Virus record (IMG/VR): IMGVR_UViG_3300038673_000067
Span: 1 to 28,198 of that record
Length of the DNA stretch: 28,198 nucleotides
Source of the DNA: a virus
Taxonomy: Duplodnaviria; Caudoviricetes
Direction: 5' to 3' (one strand)
This document shows, in pieces, positions 8,192-15,860 of this stretch. Under the pieces are notes generated by a model that was not told the DNA's origin, ran no database searches, and was given only the letters and a program-made list of their open reading frames with translations. Each line of letters starts with the position of its first letter. The first letter of the stretch is position 1. A program made the translations under genes and the position numbers.

Positions 8192-8953
8192 ATGAGCAAC
8201 AGCCCTCTTGTCAGCTATACAAGGCTGTCACCGAACTGCGGCAAACCGAGAAATCATGCAATAGACACTATCTCGATCCATTGTACCGCAGGAAACAAAA
8301 ATAATACCGCCCAGCAAATCGCAGACCTTTCACGTTTTACAACCTATGATGTTGAAAACGGCGCGTCCTGCAATTACGCTGTCGGCGGTGATGGAAGTAT
8401 TGCTCTCGTTGTTGATGAAGCAAACCGCTCATGGTGTACTTCTTCTCGCGCAAACGACAATCGAGCAATTACCATTGAGGTAGCAAGCAATGTTACAGGG
8501 ACAGAGGTTAATGAGAAAGCCTATTCTGCGCTCATTGACCTTCTGGTGGACATCTGCCAGCGTAACGGGATTAAGAAGCTGCTTTGGAAAGCGGACAAGT
8601 CCCTGATTGGTCAGGTGGATCAGCAGAATATGACCGTTCACCGTTGGTTTGCAAACAAGGCTTGCCCTGGCGAGTGGCTGTATAGCCGCCACGGTCAAAT
8701 TGCAGCCGAAGTAAATTCTCGATTGGAGGGAGAAGAAGTGACACAGGAACAGTTTAACGCTATGATGAACACCTATCTTGCCGGTCTTGGCGAGAAAGAG
8801 CCTGGTGAATGGAGCGTAGAAGCCCGTACCTGGGCTGAGGAACAGGGACTCATTCAGGGCGACGAGAACGGCAAAAAGAAGTACAAGCAGTCTTGCACCC
8901 GTGAGCAGATGGTCGTTTTCCTGCACAGGTTTTTCAAGCTCTTCTGCAAATAA
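8192..8953 (+). CDS. Endolysin, N-acetylmuramoyl-L-alanine amidase (Amidase_2) with an SLH-like C-terminal domain
   Basis: ISIHCTA, ITIEVA and VHRWFANKACPG zinc-amidase motifs; C-terminal WAEEQGLIQG...TREQMVVFLHR. Confidence 0.88.
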   Translation: MSNSPLVSYTRLSPNCGKPRNHAIDTISIHCTAGNKNNTAQQIADLSRFTTYDVENGASCNYAVGGDGSIALVVDEANRSWCTSSRANDNRAITIEVASNVTGTEVNEKAYSALIDLLVDICQRNGIKKLLWKADKSLIGQVDQQNMTVHRWFANKACPGEWLYSRHGQIAAEVNSRLEGEEVTQEQFNAMMNTYLAGLGEKEPGEWSVEARTWAEEQGLIQGDENGKKKYKQSCTREQMVVFLHRFFKLFCK

Positions 8954-9125
8954 GCGCAAAGAAATACACCCTCGGCCTATTACGGTCGGGGGTGTATTTT
9001 GCGGTTGGCATTACACCTTTGCTCCATTTAGTAAGTGTAGCTGAGGATATTCCCATTTCTTTTGCGGCGGGATTGGGCTTGATACCGCGCAAATCGCACT
9101 CGCTCAAAAATCTCTCCCAAAACAT
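8934..9125 (-). pseudogene. Truncated XRE-family (CI-like) HTH repressor
   Basis: AAGGAGG RBS (9131-9137, minus strand); MFWERFLSECDLRGIKPNPAAKEMGISSATLTKWSKGVMPTA is an HTH N-terminus, after which the frame runs through the endolysin terminator hairpin. Confidence 0.7.
8962..9000. terminator. Intrinsic terminator, probably bidirectional, after the endolysin
   Basis: AAATACACCCTCGGCC-TATTAC-GGTCGGGGGTGTATTT: a 16-bp stem with two G-U pairs. Confidence 0.75.
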
Positions 9126-9147
9126 AAGAACCTCCTTCGAGAAAATA

Positions 9148-9196
9148 ATCTTACAAAAGTGTGATTTTCCTATTGACAATCTTACTTCGGTAAGAT
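9148..9196. promoter_or_regulatory. Two operator-like palindromes
   Basis: Perfect ATCTTAC-N4-GTAAGAT at 9179-9196 fills the promoter spacer; degenerate ATCTTAC-N4-GTGTGAT at 9148-9165. Confidence 0.7.
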
Positions 9197-9201
9197 ATAC
9201 T
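9173..9201 (+). promoter_or_regulatory. Rightward sigma-A promoter (early/lytic)
   Basis: TTGACA(9173-78), 17 nt, TATACT(9196-9201). Confidence 0.8.
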
Positions 9202-9300
9202 CTCCTTGTGAACAAGAAAAATTGACAATAAACGACCAGACCTCATGCGGTATAGTTTAACCGCCGAAGTCTCCAATGCTTATTGTATTGTGGCAAATCC

Positions 9301-9329
9301 AGTATAGCATTGGCACTCTTTGTTGTCAA
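9301..9329 (-). promoter_or_regulatory. Leftward sigma-A promoter (toward the repressor) with extended -10
   Basis: Minus strand reads TTGACA, 17 nt, TATACT, with TG at the extended -10 position. Confidence 0.75.
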
Positions 9330-9370
9330 TTAAAATTGTTCGTAATCATTGAAAGAAAGGAGGGCAGAAC

Positions 9371-9598
9371 GTGAACGAGCGTGAAAATATCCGCTTTCGG
9401 CTGAGGGTGAACAACCTGACCTCTACCTGGCTGATCGGTATGCTTGGCAAGAGAGGGATCAACACAGACCGTTCCACCATGAGCGCCGTTCTCGCCGGTA
9501 CTCGCAATGGTGCGAAGGTTGATGAAATCGTGGCTGAGTCTGTTGATATTCTCGACAAGTACGAAGCCTACGCCGACACCGAAAAGCATTGTCCTTAA
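9371..9598 (+). CDS. Cro-like small HTH regulator
   Basis: AAGGAGG RBS and GTG start; 75 aa; divergent from the repressor; DRSTMSAVLAGTR resembles a recognition helix. Confidence 0.6.
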   Translation: MNERENIRFRLRVNNLTSTWLIGMLGKRGINTDRSTMSAVLAGTRNGAKVDEIVAESVDILDKYEAYADTEKHCP

Positions 9599-9756
9599 TC
9601 ACGCCAGAGCTTCAAGGTCAGCAACGGGCAATGTGCAAACTGCTACATAAGCGAGTCCGTGCTTTTTATGCGGACAAGCAGCACCGACAGGACTTTGAAG
9701 CCTGGTATGAACGGACAACCGGCGAGAAGTACAAATGGAAGAAGGTACAGGCATGA
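9589..9756 (+). CDS. Small hypothetical early protein (~55 aa; absent from the ORF track)
   Basis: Open frame LSLITPELQGQQRAMCKLLHKRVRAFYADKQHRQDFEAWYERTTGEKYKWKKVQA fills the gap and has an ATGA overlap with the next gene; start codon uncertain. Confidence 0.5.
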   Translation: MSLITPELQGQQRAMCKLLHKRVRAFYADKQHRQDFEAWYERTTGEKYKWKKVQA

Positions 9757-10373
9757 TCGTCAGCACCAGAGGAAAGCGTGTAAAGCGTAGACGTTACAAC
9801 GGAAAGCGTCATGCCGATACCGTGGTATTCCTCGTAATCCTGTTACTCCTTGGCTCTGCGGTGGCGGTAGGCGCTGTATCGCTTCACAATCGCGCAGAAG
9901 CCCCGTCTGATGACGGTGGTGTAACTACCCTCGAAACCTCTCAGACGCTCACAGCGCCCACGGAGCAGCCCAGCACACCTACTCCAAAGCCAACGCCGAC
10001 ACCTACCCCTACACCTGAGCCTACACCCACGTTGGTAAGCCTCGGAAAATTTCATGCTACCGCCTACTGTGGCTGTGTGAAATGCTGCGGGACATGGAGT
10101 CAGGAACACCCGTCCAGAGTTGGCACGGACTATGTGCAGAAAACAGCGTCAGGAACAATCCCCGTAGCGGGAGTCACGGCAGCCGCAGATTGGTCTATTC
10201 TCCCTTGCGGCACGGTCATTGTAGTAAACGGACACGAATACACGGTTGAGGACTCAGGCGGCTTAGTCAAAGGCAAGACCATTGACATTTATATGGAGAG
10301 TCACGAAGAGGCGCTACAGTTCGGTGTCCAAGAAATTGAGGTGTTTGTCTATGAAGAAGCAGACTTTTCTTGA
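9753..10373 (+). CDS. Membrane-anchored 3D-domain (MltA-like peptidoglycan-active) protein
   Basis: Basic N-terminus, TM helix, PT-repeat linker, then ATAYC...TASG...AAD...VEDSGG...IDIY 3D-domain motifs. Confidence 0.8.
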   Translation: MIVSTRGKRVKRRRYNGKRHADTVVFLVILLLLGSAVAVGAVSLHNRAEAPSDDGGVTTLETSQTLTAPTEQPSTPTPKPTPTPTPTPEPTPTLVSLGKFHATAYCGCVKCCGTWSQEHPSRVGTDYVQKTASGTIPVAGVTAAADWSILPCGTVIVVNGHEYTVEDSGGLVKGKTIDIYMESHEEALQFGVQEIEVFVYEEADFS

Positions 10374-10554
10374 AGTCCTCGCGGTGGTGTCGTTCTTTCT
10401 CATGCTTGGCTTTGTCGGAGCATTGGAAAACGACCTCGTTCCTTTCGGTATCGGAACGGCGAGGATCACGGCAGCTCTCGCGGTATTTGCAGTATCTACG
10501 CATTTCCTGACAAAAGAAAACCGCCCAGGGAAAGGCACTTCCCAAAGGCGGTAA
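10351..10554 (+). CDS. Small two-TM membrane protein (67 aa)
   Basis: GAGGTG RBS before ATG 10351; two hydrophobic segments and a basic tail. Confidence 0.6.
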   Translation: MKKQTFLEVLAVVSFFLMLGFVGALENDLVPFGIGTARITAALAVFAVSTHFLTKENRPGKGTSQRR

Positions 10555-10611
10555 GCAAAATAGCTCACTATCATTATACACTTTAACCTTTAATTTGAAA
10601 AGGAGATTTTT

Positions 10612-11430
10612 ATGAACGAACTCATTACCAAGCTCTCCGAAGAGTTTGAGCGGAAGGACAAGCTCATTGCCGATCTCAAGAAGAAAAACACGTCCCTTAT
10701 GATGGCTCAGGCCGAAATGCCCGTTTGCCCGTATATGTGCGGCAAGAAAGTTCAGACGGACAGCGCCTACGGTCAGTTCGGCTCTCTGGACGCTTTCTCT
10801 TGGGCTGACATTGCAGAGGCCGGAGTGAGAGGTCTTGCACCTCGTATGTTCACTCTCGGCAGTACCAAGAGCTTCAAGCTGACTGACGGGCGTGAAATGG
10901 AAGTGCGGATCATCGGTTTCAATCACGACAAAGACGAGAAAGGCAATCTCATTCCTATCTCGTTTGAAACGACCAAGTGCTTCTACGACGATTACATGAT
11001 GAACCGCAACGGCAGCAACAAGGGCGGTTGGGACAAATCCGATATGCGAAGTTGGCTCAACAACGAAGTTGCGGCGCTCATTCCTGACGATCTCGCAGAA
11101 GTCATCAAGCCCTGTGTAAAGATTACGTCCGTTGGCGGCGGCTCTGACAAACTGAGTGAAGATGTTTGTGACCTTTGGCTTTTGTCCGAGCAGGAAATTT
11201 TCGGACGCAAAATCTACTCTGTCGGCGGTGAAGGTCATTGGTATGACTACTACCGTCAGGAGAATGTCGATTACGGCATGGAGGATCACGAGGGTGACAG
11301 ACGGTGGCGGTGGGAGCGTTCTCCTTATTCCAGCGGCACGACTTTCTTTTGTTGTGTCGACAGCAGCGGCGACGCTAACAATTACAACGCCAGCAACTCG
11401 TATGGCGTGGCTTTCGGCTTCTGCATTTAA
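10612..11430 (+). CDS. DGR target 2: DUF6273-like variable-domain protein with a short coiled-coil-like N-terminus
   Basis: AAGGAG RBS; shares IIGFNHD, N.GGW..S.MR, LLSE.EIFG, GEG..Y.YY and WERSP...GVAFGFC with target 1; the 3' end is VR2. Confidence 0.85.
   Translation: MNELITKLSEEFERKDKLIADLKKKNTSLMMAQAEMPVCPYMCGKKVQTDSAYGQFGSLDAFSWADIAEAGVRGLAPRMFTLGSTKSFKLTDGREMEVRIIGFNHDKDEKGNLIPISFETTKCFYDDYMMNRNGSNKGGWDKSDMRSWLNNEVAALIPDDLAEVIKPCVKITSVGGGSDKLSEDVCDLWLLSEQEIFGRKIYSVGGEGHWYDYYRQENVDYGMEDHEGDRRWRWERSPYSSGTTFFCCVDSSGDANNYNASNSYGVAFGFCI
11309..11417 (+). repeat. DGR variable repeat VR2 (remote target)
   Basis: Ungapped 109-nt match to TR 5270-5378 with 12 mismatches, all at TR adenines. 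Confidence 0.93.
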
Positions 11431-11448
11431 TCAACAATCGGCGTAATC

Positions 11449-11466
11449 CCGCCCCGCCAGGGGCGG
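11449..11466 (+). promoter_or_regulatory. GC-rich hairpin downstream of VR2
   Basis: CCGCCCC-GCCA-GGGGCGG, a 7-bp perfect stem starting 18 nt after the stop codon, the same offset as at VR1. Confidence 0.8.
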
Positions 11467-11481
11467 CACAAGGAGGTAAAT

Positions 11482-11721
11482 ATGCCCTTTGTATTATCAC
11501 TCAAAGACGGCAAGAACGCTACCCTGTTCTCTGTGAGGCACTTTGAAGAACTCATTGACGAGTACATGGGTATGGAGGCCGCTAAATATTTCAGAACGCT
11601 TCTCTCTGACCGTGACGAGATCATTGAGAACAACCGCACTCATGTGGGTGAGTTGAAAGACATCATTCACGGCCTCGAAACCAAGGTCGAAGAATTGGAG
11701 TGTGACTTCGATGACGAATGA
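11482..11721 (+). CDS. Hypothetical protein
   Basis: AAGGAGGT RBS; 79 aa; tight operon packing. Confidence 0.6.
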   Translation: MPFVLSLKDGKNATLFSVRHFEELIDEYMGMEAAKYFRTLLSDRDEIIENNRTHVGELKDIIHGLETKVEELECDFDDE

Positions 11722-12118
11722 CAACCGCAAAACTGGCACTTCCTTTGAGCAGCGGTTGTGTATCAGTCTCTCCGGCTACGGTTTTTGGGCGCACAATCTC
11801 GCGCAGAAAGCCCAGGGACAGCCCTTTGACGTTATCGCCGCCAGAAACGGCAAGACCTACCCGATTGACTGCAAGGTATGTGAACACGACATATTCAAGC
11901 TGGAACGGGTAGAGGATAATCAGCAATCCTCAATGACGCTGTGGCGAGACACGGGAAACGGTGAAGGTTGGTTTGCTCTGGAACTCAGTAACAGCGCAGT
12001 CTACTTTATTTCGTTCTCCAACATCGAGGCCAACGGCCTGATGAAAACCGTACTCAGCGCAAGAGAGATCAGAATACTCGGTGTTCCTCTCGGAGAGTGG
12101 GTGAAGCTGTGCGAATAA
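11711..12118 (+). CDS. PD-(D/E)xK nuclease, Holliday junction resolvase-like
   Basis: G..FE near the N-terminus and a PFDVIAARNGKTYPIDCK catalytic pattern; adjacent to the helicase. Confidence 0.7.
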   Translation: MTNDNRKTGTSFEQRLCISLSGYGFWAHNLAQKAQGQPFDVIAARNGKTYPIDCKVCEHDIFKLERVEDNQQSSMTLWRDTGNGEGWFALELSNSAVYFISFSNIEANGLMKTVLSAREIRILGVPLGEWVKLCE

Positions 12119-13494
12119 CTGTCGGAAACCAACTTCGCATTGACGAGCCTACCGAAGAAGTCCTTGCCTGGTGCAAGCAGCGGCTCATTATTGCAAATCC
12201 TGAATACGCAAAAAAAGTCCGTATGCACTTTTGGGTAGGCAACACCCCGCAGAAGCTCTTTCTCATGCAATGGGACGCTGATACCTTGGTTATTCCCTAC
12301 GGCTGTCTGAGCGCAATCCTGAGCCTACAGAGCGACGCTGAGGTTATTTCTGAACTACCTGAGCCTACCGTCGTGGACTTCAAGGGAAACGTCCCTCTCT
12401 ACGATTATCAGGAAGAAGCCAGAGCTGCCCTTCAAGCTGCCTACTATGGCATTTTGCAGAGTCCGGCAGGTAGCGGCAAAACACAAATCGGTGTGGCGCT
12501 GGCCTGTACGATTGGCAGAAAAACACTCTGGCTGACTCACACGAAAGACCTGTTGACTCAGAGTAAGAACCGCGCAGAGCTTTATATGCCGCCCTCGCTC
12601 ACCGGCACAATCACCGAAGGTCAGGTGCATATCGGCAAAGCCATTACCTTTGCGACAGTTCAAACCATGTGCAATCTCGACCTCACTCAGTACCGTGACG
12701 TTTGGGATTGCGTAATCGTGGACGAGTGCCACCGAGTCGCCGGTACACCTACCGCTGTGACTCAGTTTTCAAAAGTCCTCAGCTCTCTCGCTGCCAGACA
12801 CAAATACGGCCTGTCAGCTACCGTACACCGCGCAGACGGCATGATCGCCGCTACATACGCCCTCCTGGGCGAAATCGTCTATCAAGTCCCTGACGAGGCC
12901 GTAGCCGAGAAAATCATGACCGTCACCATCAATCCCAGGCCGACAGGCATAGGTCAGAGCCGAGAGTTTCTGGACACAGACGGAACAATCATCTACGCCA
13001 AGCTCATAAGCTACCTGACCACAAGCCACGAGCGCAATGAGTTTATCGCGGCTGACCTCGTAGGAAATGCGGATCACTTCAATTTAATCCTTTCGGACAG
13101 ATTGATCCACTTGAAAGCCCTGATGATGAAATTGCCTCCTGAGCTGAGAAAACAGGCCGTTATGGTGGACGGCAAGATGACTTCTAAGAAGGGTAAGGCC
13201 GAGCGAGAACAAGCCTTAGAGGATATGCGGACAGGCAAAAAACGGTATCTGTTTGCCACCTACTCTCTCGCAAAAGAAGGTCTGGACATTCCTCGCTTGG
13301 ACAGGCTCTATCTCACCACTCCCCAAAAAGATTACGCGGTGGTCACACAGTCAATCGGACGTATCGCCCGTATCTTTGACGGCAAGGAAGAGCCGGTTGC
13401 ATTTGATTACGTTGATAATATCAAATATTTAATCAAGTCCTACAAAAAGCGTTGTACGACCTATAGAAAGTGCGGGTGTAAGTTTTTGGAATGA
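12097..13494 (+). CDS. Superfamily 2 DEAD/DEAH-box helicase
   Basis: SPAGSGKT, DECH, SAT, EGLDIP and QSIGRIAR motifs; the true start may be GTG 12109. Confidence 0.9.
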   Translation: MGEAVRITVGNQLRIDEPTEEVLAWCKQRLIIANPEYAKKVRMHFWVGNTPQKLFLMQWDADTLVIPYGCLSAILSLQSDAEVISELPEPTVVDFKGNVPLYDYQEEARAALQAAYYGILQSPAGSGKTQIGVALACTIGRKTLWLTHTKDLLTQSKNRAELYMPPSLTGTITEGQVHIGKAITFATVQTMCNLDLTQYRDVWDCVIVDECHRVAGTPTAVTQFSKVLSSLAARHKYGLSATVHRADGMIAATYALLGEIVYQVPDEAVAEKIMTVTINPRPTGIGQSREFLDTDGTIIYAKLISYLTTSHERNEFIAADLVGNADHFNLILSDRLIHLKALMMKLPPELRKQAVMVDGKMTSKKGKAEREQALEDMRTGKKRYLFATYSLAKEGLDIPRLDRLYLTTPQKDYAVVTQSIGRIARIFDGKEEPVAFDYVDNIKYLIKSYKKRCTTYRKCGCKFLE

Positions 13495-13931
13495 AAAAGA
13501 CACACGGCATGAGCAAAACCCCGCTTTATCGTGTTTGGTGTCGAATGAAAGGTTGCACATCTTCTCCAAGCCACCAAGACTTCAAATACTACGGTGAAAG
13601 AGGAATTGTGGTATGTGAAGAATGGCAGCGGTTCGAGACATTTTACGCATGGGCGGTATCTAATGGTTATCAACGCGGATTGACGATTGATAGGATTGAC
13701 AGCACCAGAGGCTATTGTCCTTCTAATTGTCAATGGATCACGCTTTCTGAACAACAGGGGAAACGGCGTGACTCAATTATGGTAGAAATCAACGGAAAAA
13801 CTCAATGTCTATCTTATTGGTGTAAAGAGCTTGGTATGAATTGGCATACCGTTCACAGTCGAATTAAGAAAGGTTGGACACCTGAAAAAGCTCTATTAAC
13901 ACCGTTAGAACGACAAGTTACTCGGAGGTGA
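13491..13931 (+). CDS. HNH-type free-standing homing endonuclease-like protein
   Basis: YYGERGIVVCEEW...LTIDRIDSTRGYCPSNCQW motif; visibly AT-richer than its neighbours. Confidence 0.75.
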   Translation: MKKTHGMSKTPLYRVWCRMKGCTSSPSHQDFKYYGERGIVVCEEWQRFETFYAWAVSNGYQRGLTIDRIDSTRGYCPSNCQWITLSEQQGKRRDSIMVEINGKTQCLSYWCKELGMNWHTVHSRIKKGWTPEKALLTPLERQVTRR

Positions 13932-13934
13932 CGA

Positions 13935-15860
13935 ATGACAGACCTCTATATTTTCGATATTGAAGTTTTCAAGTACGACTGGCTTGTGTCTTTCAAGAAC
14001 AAGGAAACTCAGGAGCGTATTCGTATCTGGAACGACAATGAAGCAGTTAAGCAGTTCATGGACGGCGATCCCGTCCTCTGCGGTGTCAACAACAAGCATT
14101 ACGACCAATTTATTCTGAAAGCTATCCTTTGTGACGCAACGCCTGAACAGTTGAAAGAGATCAACGATTTTATCATCGTTGAGGGAAACAACGGCTGGGA
14201 ACACCCATTTATCAGGCAATGCAACGGCGTGTACTTCGAGCAATTTGACCTTTTCGATGACTGCCAGATGGGATTGAGCCTGAAAGCGATTGAAGCTCAC
14301 CTTGGCATGGACATTCGAGAGAGTACCGTAGATTTTAACATTGACCGCCCTCTTACAGAAGAAGAGCGGCAGGAGGTTGAGTTCTACAACGATCACGATG
14401 TTGACGCGGCGGAAGAGCTGTTGTTTCTGAGAAAAGGCTACCTCGAAAACAAGCGCAACCTGGGCGCGGAAAAGGGACTGCCGGAAACCAAGGCGCTGTA
14501 TATGACCAACGCCAAGCTGACCGCTCGTTACCTTGACGCGGAGGCCAAAGAACACGATGACGAGCGCGAGTATCAATATCCCGCCGTCCTCAAACGAGAG
14601 TATATCCCCGCTGAGGTGTTCGAGTTCTTTGACCGGCTCAAAGACAGCTCTATTCCAAGCTACGACGTGTTCAAAGAAAAGCTCAAAATCATGGTTGGTG
14701 ATTGCCCTTGTACCATTGCCTATGGCGGCATACACGGAGCTATCCCCTGTTACCGTGAAAAGGCTACCGACACCCGTACAATTCGCAACAAGGACGTTGC
14801 AAGCTACTATCCTCACCAGATGACCTTGAATGGCTACTGTAGCCGTAATATCCCGTCCCCTGAAACCTATGCTGCCACAATCGAGCGCCGCGTCAAGGCC
14901 AAGAAAACGGGAGATAAAGCCACGGCAAACGCCTTGAAGCTGGTCTTGAACACCACCTACGGTGCAATGCTCAATCAGTACAACGACCTCTATGATCCCC
15001 TCATGGGACGGTCAGTCTGTATCTCAGGGCAGTTACAGCTTCTCGAACTGGCAAGCCACCTGAAAGCCGATTGCCCTTCCCTGAGAGTCATTCAGCTCAA
15101 CACCGATGGCATTATGGTCAGCCTCGACAACACGGACGAGCCTACCTATCAGGCAATCACCCAGGAATGGCAAGACCGTACAGGCTTTGAGCTGGAAGAG
15201 GACTTTATCAAGATGATCTGCCAGAAAGACGTGAATAACTACGTTGAAGTCCCTCTGGACGGAGAGCCGAAGATCAAAGGCGGCGTACTCGTCCGTGGAG
15301 CTATCACAAACGGCAAGGTCGATTTTGAGGCTATGGGCTATCCTCCCTGGGACAATCAGAATGGCGGCGCGTTCAATATCAATAATAACGCTGTCATCGT
15401 GGCAAAGGCCGTCAAGGAATGTCTCGCAAATGGGATACCCGTAGACAAAACCATAAACGAGTGTGACCGGCTGTTGTTCTTTCAGCTTATCGCTAAGGCT
15501 GGCAGCAAATACGGCGACGCAATCCACCTTATCAGCGACAAGCCTGTGCAAGTCCAGAAGGTCAACCGCGTGTACGCTGCCAAGGATCACAGCTACGGCA
15601 CTCTCTACAAGACAAGCCTCAACACCGGCAGTCTGGTAAAAATTGCTGGCCTCCCGCCTCATTGTATCGTGGACAACGATAACCACCTGACAATCGACGT
15701 GGTAGACCGCACATGGTATATCCGGCTGGCAGAGAGGTACGTCAAAGACTTCCTCGGCATTAAGCCGCCAAAGAAGAATACCCGCAAAATCAATTCCCTG
15801 AAAAAGAAATGTCTCGCTCTTTTGGAGGTAGCCGATGGATCAATTCATTCTATCCCTTAA
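13935..15860 (+). CDS. DNA polymerase, family B, with 3'-5' exonuclease domain
   Basis: FDIE (ExoI), NNKHYD (ExoII), YNDHDV (ExoIII), DVASYYP (motif A), KLVLNTTYG (motif B) and NTDG (motif C). Confidence 0.88.
   Translation: MTDLYIFDIEVFKYDWLVSFKNKETQERIRIWNDNEAVKQFMDGDPVLCGVNNKHYDQFILKAILCDATPEQLKEINDFIIVEGNNGWEHPFIRQCNGVYFEQFDLFDDCQMGLSLKAIEAHLGMDIRESTVDFNIDRPLTEEERQEVEFYNDHDVDAAEELLFLRKGYLENKRNLGAEKGLPETKALYMTNAKLTARYLDAEAKEHDDEREYQYPAVLKREYIPAEVFEFFDRLKDSSIPSYDVFKEKLKIMVGDCPCTIAYGGIHGAIPCYREKATDTRTIRNKDVASYYPHQMTLNGYCSRNIPSPETYAATIERRVKAKKTGDKATANALKLVLNTTYGAMLNQYNDLYDPLMGRSVCISGQLQLLELASHLKADCPSLRVIQLNTDGIMVSLDNTDEPTYQAITQEWQDRTGFELEEDFIKMICQKDVNNYVEVPLDGEPKIKGGVLVRGAITNGKVDFEAMGYPPWDNQNGGAFNINNNAVIVAKAVKECLANGIPVDKTINECDRLLFFQLIAKAGSKYGDAIHLISDKPVQVQKVNRVYAAKDHSYGTLYKTSLNTGSLVKIAGLPPHCIVDNDNHLTIDVVDRTWYIRLAERYVKDFLGIKPPKKNTRKINSLKKKCLALLEVADGSIHSIP

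Noticed and set aside
9222-9256. Second rightward promoter TTGACA...TATAGT
   Set aside because: The spacer is 23 nt, too long for sigma-A; the TTGACA is better explained as an inverted-repeat arm.
9975-10031. ACACCT/ACGCC-type short repeats
   Set aside because: They simply encode the Pro-Thr linker of the 3D-domain protein.
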